41,088 bases of DNA from Candidatus Woesearchaeota archaeon. Its GTDB lineage: Archaea; Nanobdellota; Nanobdellia; Woesearchaeales; JACPBO01. Below are positions 36,752 to 41,088 of this stretch, piece after piece (positions within the stretch are counted from its first letter, which is position 1; each line of letters opens with the position of its first letter). The stretch lies in the NCBI GenBank assembly GCA_016180285.1, contig JACPBO010000010.1, positions 1 through 41,088 of the forward strand, in the 5' to 3' direction. The notes beneath the pieces were generated by a model that worked only from the letters and a program-made list of their open reading frames with translations, searched no databases and had not been told where the DNA came from. A program made the position numbers and the translations under genes.

Positions 36752-37560
36752 TTTATTTTTCTCAAATTGCAGACATGCTTCTCTTCTTCAGCATAATAGC
36801 TTGTCCTGTTGAGCAGATCATCCCAGTCAACCTTATGCCCGTTGAATTCAGGGCCGTCAATGCATGCAAATCTTATTTGGCCATCAACAACAACCCTGCA
36901 GCCGCCGCACATGCCTATTCCGTCTATCATTATCGGATTCAATGAAACTATTGTCCTTGCCTTGTCCGTTGTCAATGCAGAAACAGATTTCATCATTATT
37001 GCAGGGCCGACTGCATAGACTAAGTTTAACCATTCTTTTTTCAGCAAAGCTTCCAATGCTGCTGTAACAAACCCCTTTAATCCTCTGCTTCCGTCATCTG
37101 TGCAGATTATAAGCTGCTTGGAGAGCTTTTTAAGCTCATCAACAAGTATCAATGATTTTTTATTTTTAGCGCCGATTATTGTTATGATCTTGTTCTTTGC
37201 TCTCTTCAATGCTTTTGCCAATGGCAATAATTCAGCAGCTCCAACGCCGCCGCCAACAAGGCAGACTGTCCCGTATTCCCTTATATCAGACGGGTTTCCC
37301 AATGGGCCGATTAGATCAAGCATACTATCGCCTTTTTTTAATTCGGAGAGCTGTTTTGTTGTCTTTCCTATTGCCTGAAACACAAGCGTTATTTCAGTCT
37401 GATTTGAATCTGCGATTGTCAGCGGAATCCTCTCGCCTTCTTCATCTAGCCTCAATATTATAAACTGCCCGGGCTTTGCATTTTTAGCAATATTTGGAGC
37501 CCTAACATTCATCAGGAATATGTTTTCAGCTAGTTTCTGCTTTTTTGTTATGATGGGCAT
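36748..37560 (-). CDS. nfnA: Sulfide/dihydroorotate dehydrogenase-like FAD/NAD-binding protein, NfnA (SudB)
   Basis: PGQFIILR, GERIPLTIAD, GPLGNP, GGGVG, TDDGS, [2Fe-2S] motif DGIGMCGGCRV...CIDGPEF. Confidence 0.9.
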   Translation of the reverse strand: MPIITKKQKLAENIFLMNVRAPNIAKNAKPGQFIILRLDEEGERIPLTIADSNQTEITLVFQAIGKTTKQLSELKKGDSMLDLIGPLGNPSDIREYGTVCLVGGGVGAAELLPLAKALKRAKNKIITIIGAKNKKSLILVDELKKLSKQLIICTDDGSRGLKGFVTAALEALLKKEWLNLVYAVGPAIMMKSVSALTTDKARTIVSLNPIMIDGIGMCGGCRVVVDGQIRFACIDGPEFNGHKVDWDDLLNRTSYYAEEEKHVCNLRKIK

Positions 37561-37573
37561 TTTAGATTTTGTT

Positions 37574-38077
37574 TTATTTCTCTATCAGAAACTTTTTAGG
37601 AGCTTCATCTAGGTCTGTGAACTCATCAGCTTCTTCTATCAGCTTAGCTGAGGCGCTTTTGCCAAATGCTATGATTTCAACCCTGCAGCCGATTGCCCTT
37701 TTAAGATGCTGGACTAAAGGAGCAAAATCCCCATCGCCGCTTACAAGAATTATCGTGTCCAGCTTATGGGCAAGCTCAATTGTGTCCATTGCAATGCCGA
37801 TGTCCCAGTCTCCTTTTTTCTGGCCGCCGTAGAAAATCTGCAGGTCTTTTGCCCTAACTTCAAACCCGATATTTTTCAATGCTTCAAAAAATCCCTGCTC
37901 TTCCTTTATGTCTGCTTTTATCACATATGCGAGCGCCCTGACTAAGTTCCTTCCTTTGACTGCTTCCTTCAGGATTTCCTTGAAGTTTACCTTTGCGCCA
38001 TACATCTGCTTTGCAGAGTAATACATGTTCTGCACATCTATAAAAACACCCACTCTTTGCCCTTTATGCTTGTACAT
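37574..38077 (-). CDS. NYN-domain (LabA/DUF88) protein
   Basis: VFIDVQNMY, KGDWDIGIAMD, LVSGDGDFAPL, ADEFTDL. Confidence 0.93.
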   Translation of the reverse strand: MYKHKGQRVGVFIDVQNMYYSAKQMYGAKVNFKEILKEAVKGRNLVRALAYVIKADIKEEQGFFEALKNIGFEVRAKDLQIFYGGQKKGDWDIGIAMDTIELAHKLDTIILVSGDGDFAPLVQHLKRAIGCRVEIIAFGKSASAKLIEEADEFTDLDEAPKKFLIEK

Positions 38078-38096
38078 TTTATCACCTTTTTATCTT

Positions 38097-38336
38097 CTAA
38101 AAACCAATGACCGAGAAAAGCAAGACAATAAGCATCACTATGAACAATATGGCAAAAACCCCGACTATCGTGATTAAATAGAGCTTTGAAACAAATGCAA
38201 GCAAAGCCCATCCTTTTTCATTTGCAAAAAGATAGATGAAGTAGACAACTATGAGGCTGAACATGCTGTTCGTAAAATTAAAGATGCCGGATGCAGTGCT
38301 TATGAAAGATCCCCTGTAAAATTTCAATTCTGCCAC
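38097..38336 (-). CDS. Small membrane protein
   Basis: 79-aa hydrophobic ORF with GTG start and upstream TATA-like TTTTAAAA. Confidence 0.55.
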   Translation of the reverse strand: MAELKFYRGSFISTASGIFNFTNSMFSLIVVYFIYLFANEKGWALLAFVSKLYLITIVGVFAILFIVMLIVLLFSVIGF

Positions 38337-38375
38337 CTCGATAAAGGGTGAATATGGCGTGTTTTAAAAAGGTTT

Positions 38376-40046
38376 CTATGCATCATGCTTTTTTATTATA
38401 GTCAATTTCCTGAATCTCTTATCATTCTGATTTGGAAAATCCTCCCTGAAATGGCATGCCCTGGATTCTTCCCTTGCAATGGCGCTTTCTACAATTATGC
38501 CGGCAACATCCGCTATGTTCCTGACTTCTAAGAATTCCTTGCTCACATGATAATTCCAGTAAAATCCGTTGATGTTTTTTCTGAGCGCGGATAATACTTG
38601 CTTTGCAGCATCCAATCTTTCTTTATTTCTTGATATTCCGCACAATGAAGTCATTGTTCTTCTGACAGTTTCCCAATAATAGGCTATGGCAGCCTTGTCC
38701 CTTATATCATTTGCAGAGCCCGCATTCCATAATGGAACACTCATATTTGCTTGATTCTTGAGCTTTAAGAAATGCTTTGCAGCCAGCCTGCCGAATAAAA
38801 TGCATTCTGGCGCAGAATTGCTAGCCAGCCTTGTTGCGCCGTGCAGGCCTGTATAAGAAGTTTCACCTATGACATAGCATCCTCTTATTTTTGTTTCTGC
38901 ATTCCGGTTAACAAGCACGCCTCCATTTGAATAATGAACAGCATAAATGACAGGCACAGGCTCTTTTGTTATGTCGACTCCCTTGGCCAAGCAGAACTCA
39001 TAAGAATTCCTGAAATCCTCCTTTAATCTTTTTTTGTCTATTTTTGCGCAGTCCAGCCATAAATGCGCCAAGCCGTGTTTTCTCATTTCTATATCTTCTG
39101 CTCTTGTAACAACGTCCCTTGTTGCTTTCGAGCCAAGCGGATGATATTTTAAAACAAAATCTTCTTTTGAATCTTTTCTTAGCTTCAATATTGCGCCTGC
39201 TCCTCTAAGCGCCTCTGTAAGCAAAAATCTTCTGCTGTATTCATTGACAGCAGACGGGTCATAAAACACAGTTGGGTGAAATTGCACAAATTCCATGTTT
39301 GCCAATGGCAAGCCTGCCCTATAGCATATTGCAAATCCATCTCCTGTTGCAGCATCTGAGTTTGTTGTATAAAGAAAGACTTTCCCAAGGCCGCCTGTTG
39401 CAATGAATGTTCCATTGCAGGAGATTGTTTCAATACGATCATTTTTAATATCATAAACATAAAACCCCAGGCAGGCATCTTTCGCTTTTGCCTTGATTTT
39501 TTTTCTTTTTTCCAGCTTGTTCTTTGTTATAAGGTCAATTGCAACATGCTCTTCATGAACCCTTATATTGCGGTTGCTTTTCACTAACCTGCCAAGCGTC
39601 TTCATTATCTGCACGCCTGTTGTGTCATTTGCGTGAAATATCCTGTTTTTGGAATGGCCGCCTTCCCTGTGCAGATCATACTTGTATCCTTTTTCAGATG
39701 CATTAAATTTAACGCCTTTGCCAATCAGCCACTGAATAACATCTTTGAAAAAATGCTCCACGCAGAATTTAACAATCTTGACATCATTAAGGCCTTTTCC
39801 TGCAATCAATGTTTCTTTAATATGCCTTTCAAAGGAATCTCCCTTAATAGGCTTTCCATCCACCAGAGGAATTGCTGCCAGGCCGCCGGCTGTCAAATAG
39901 CTGTTGCAGTCTTCCACTAACTTTCCTTTGATAAATAAGTCAACCTTTTTGCCGGCTCCAGCCAGTTCGAGCGCAGCTGCGCAGCCGCCAAAGCCGCCGC
40001 CTATTACTCCGCAATCTGTTTTTATAAGCTCTTTTGCGCTGCTCAT
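38376..40046 (-). CDS. nadB: L-aspartate oxidase
   Basis: REGGHSKNRIFH, ATGGLG, MEFVQFHPT, LLTEALRG, ATRDVV, HYSNGG, GLHGATRLASNS, ESRACHFREDFP; coupled to nadA. Confidence 0.92.
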   Translation of the reverse strand: MSSAKELIKTDCGVIGGGFGGCAAALELAGAGKKVDLFIKGKLVEDCNSYLTAGGLAAIPLVDGKPIKGDSFERHIKETLIAGKGLNDVKIVKFCVEHFFKDVIQWLIGKGVKFNASEKGYKYDLHREGGHSKNRIFHANDTTGVQIMKTLGRLVKSNRNIRVHEEHVAIDLITKNKLEKRKKIKAKAKDACLGFYVYDIKNDRIETISCNGTFIATGGLGKVFLYTTNSDAATGDGFAICYRAGLPLANMEFVQFHPTVFYDPSAVNEYSRRFLLTEALRGAGAILKLRKDSKEDFVLKYHPLGSKATRDVVTRAEDIEMRKHGLAHLWLDCAKIDKKRLKEDFRNSYEFCLAKGVDITKEPVPVIYAVHYSNGGVLVNRNAETKIRGCYVIGETSYTGLHGATRLASNSAPECILFGRLAAKHFLKLKNQANMSVPLWNAGSANDIRDKAAIAYYWETVRRTMTSLCGISRNKERLDAAKQVLSALRKNINGFYWNYHVSKEFLEVRNIADVAGIIVESAIAREESRACHFREDFPNQNDKRFRKLTIIKKHDA

Positions 40047-40945
40047 TTTATTCTCAGCATTCTATCCAATGCCTTCTTTGCATTTTTTCTTATTCTTGCA
40101 GGCACATCAACTTCGTTTGTTTCATTATTAAGGCAATCATAAACCTTCTGCAGATTGTTCTTTTTCTGCTGCAGGCAGATTGTTCCCAGCGTATAAAATA
40201 TTTTATTCGGAACTTCCAGCCTGAGCCTTTCAACCATTCCTGCTTCTGTGCAGATCATGAATTCATTGGCATCTGATTTTTTGGCAATATCAACCATTCC
40301 GGATGTCGAGCAGACAGCATCTGCTTCATCTATCGCATCAGCCGGGCATTCTGGATGAGCGATAACAACTGCATCTGGGTGCTGCTTTTTTGCTTCCTTA
40401 ATTTGTTCTGATAAAAACCTTGCATGCACATAGCAATAGCCCTGCCACGGGATTATCTTCTTGCTTGTGAACCTTGCAGCATAATCAGCAAGATTCCTGT
40501 CGGGAACAAAAATAATATTTCTTTCTTTAAGCGAGTTAACAACTTTAACAGCATTTGCAGAAGTGCAGCAAATATCCGAAACTGCCTTTACTTCTGCTGT
40601 TGTATTTATATAAGAAACAACAGCCACATCCTTGTATTTCTTTTTTTCCTCAAGCAATTCTTCTGCGGTAACCATTGCAGCCATAGGGCATTTTGCCTCC
40701 AAGGCAGGCAGCAGCACTTTCTTTTCAGGATTCAGTATTTTTGCGGATTCTGCCATGAAATCAACTCCGCAGAATACAATGATCTTTGCATTAGTTTCAG
40801 CTGCTTTTCTGCTAAGCTCAAGCGAGTCGCCGATAAAATCAGCTACTTTGTAGATTTCAGGCCGCTGGTAGTTATGAACCAGTATAACTGCATCTTTCTT
40901 TTTCTTCAGGTTGTTTATTTTTTGAATTAATGTTCTTTCATCCAT
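40043..40945 (-). CDS. nadA: Quinolinate synthase
   Basis: ILVHNYQRPE, GDSLEL, FCGVDFMAE, AKCPMA, YINTTAEVKA, CTSAN, GYCYVH, AHPEC. Confidence 0.96.
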   Translation of the reverse strand: MDERTLIQKINNLKKKKDAVILVHNYQRPEIYKVADFIGDSLELSRKAAETNAKIIVFCGVDFMAESAKILNPEKKVLLPALEAKCPMAAMVTAEELLEEKKKYKDVAVVSYINTTAEVKAVSDICCTSANAVKVVNSLKERNIIFVPDRNLADYAARFTSKKIIPWQGYCYVHARFLSEQIKEAKKQHPDAVVIAHPECPADAIDEADAVCSTSGMVDIAKKSDANEFMICTEAGMVERLRLEVPNKIFYTLGTICLQQKKNNLQKVYDCLNNETNEVDVPARIRKNAKKALDRMLRIK

Positions 40946-40946
40946 T

Positions 40947-41087
40947 TTAACCAAACTCTATTGTCCTTAATGGCTTGTCTGCAATGCTGACTCTTATTAC
41001 AGATTTATGGCCATAATTAAAATCTTTCCATCCATCAATTGTTAACAAATCGTTTTTAGTCATGCCTGAAATTACTGTTATTTCCTT
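40947..41087 (-). CDS. 3' end of an upstream gene cut by the window edge; resembles an NAD kinase C-terminus
   Basis: ...KEITVISGMTKNDLLTIDGWKDFNYGHKSVIRVSIADKPLRTIEFG*; the (L/T)IDG...I-x-V...KPL-x-x-I pattern and the nadA context are suggestive. Confidence 0.45.
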   Translation of the reverse strand, partial: KEITVISGMTKNDLLTIDGWKDFNYGHKSVIRVSIADKPLRTIEFG

Positions 41088-41088
41088 A

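Noticed and set aside
1..41088. CRISPR array, rRNA, tRNA, or DGR template/variable repeat pair
   Set aside because: No regularly spaced repeats, RNA gene signatures, reverse transcriptase or adenine-mismatched repeat pair found by eye; a computational scan would be more sensitive

Overview
Archaeal genomic window, most consistent with a DPANN (Woesearchaeota-like) lineage. The lineage call is inferred from S6e plus aIF2-gamma, BRE/TATA promoters, class III signal peptide proteins, a bacterial-type TpiA and a stand-alone PEP-utiliser protein. Core content: an RNA m5C methyltransferase, porCDAB, thioredoxin reductase and thioredoxin, NfnAB/SudBA, nadA-nadB (possibly preceded by an NAD kinase), tpiA, rps6e-eif2g, several regulators and many secreted or surface proteins. 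Two structures outside the ORF track stand out. (1) A 3,553-bp transposase-less cargo element (30505-34057) with imperfect terminal inverted repeats and a perfect 9-bp target-site duplication, inserted just upstream of the tpiA TATA box. It carries a decaying defence-like cargo: RHH, HsdS tail, rhomboid, PIN, wHTH/Panacea-like and two small TM proteins. (2) A 144-bp symmetric double-hairpin element inserted in frame in thioredoxin reductase (12607-12750), with a diverged partial second copy at 23986-24023. Also seen: a gene split at an A_AAA_AAG heptamer, unannotated micro-proteins, and a Gly/Cys-rich secreted operon with a possible HFS autoproteolysis motif. No tRNA, rRNA or CRISPR array was recognised.
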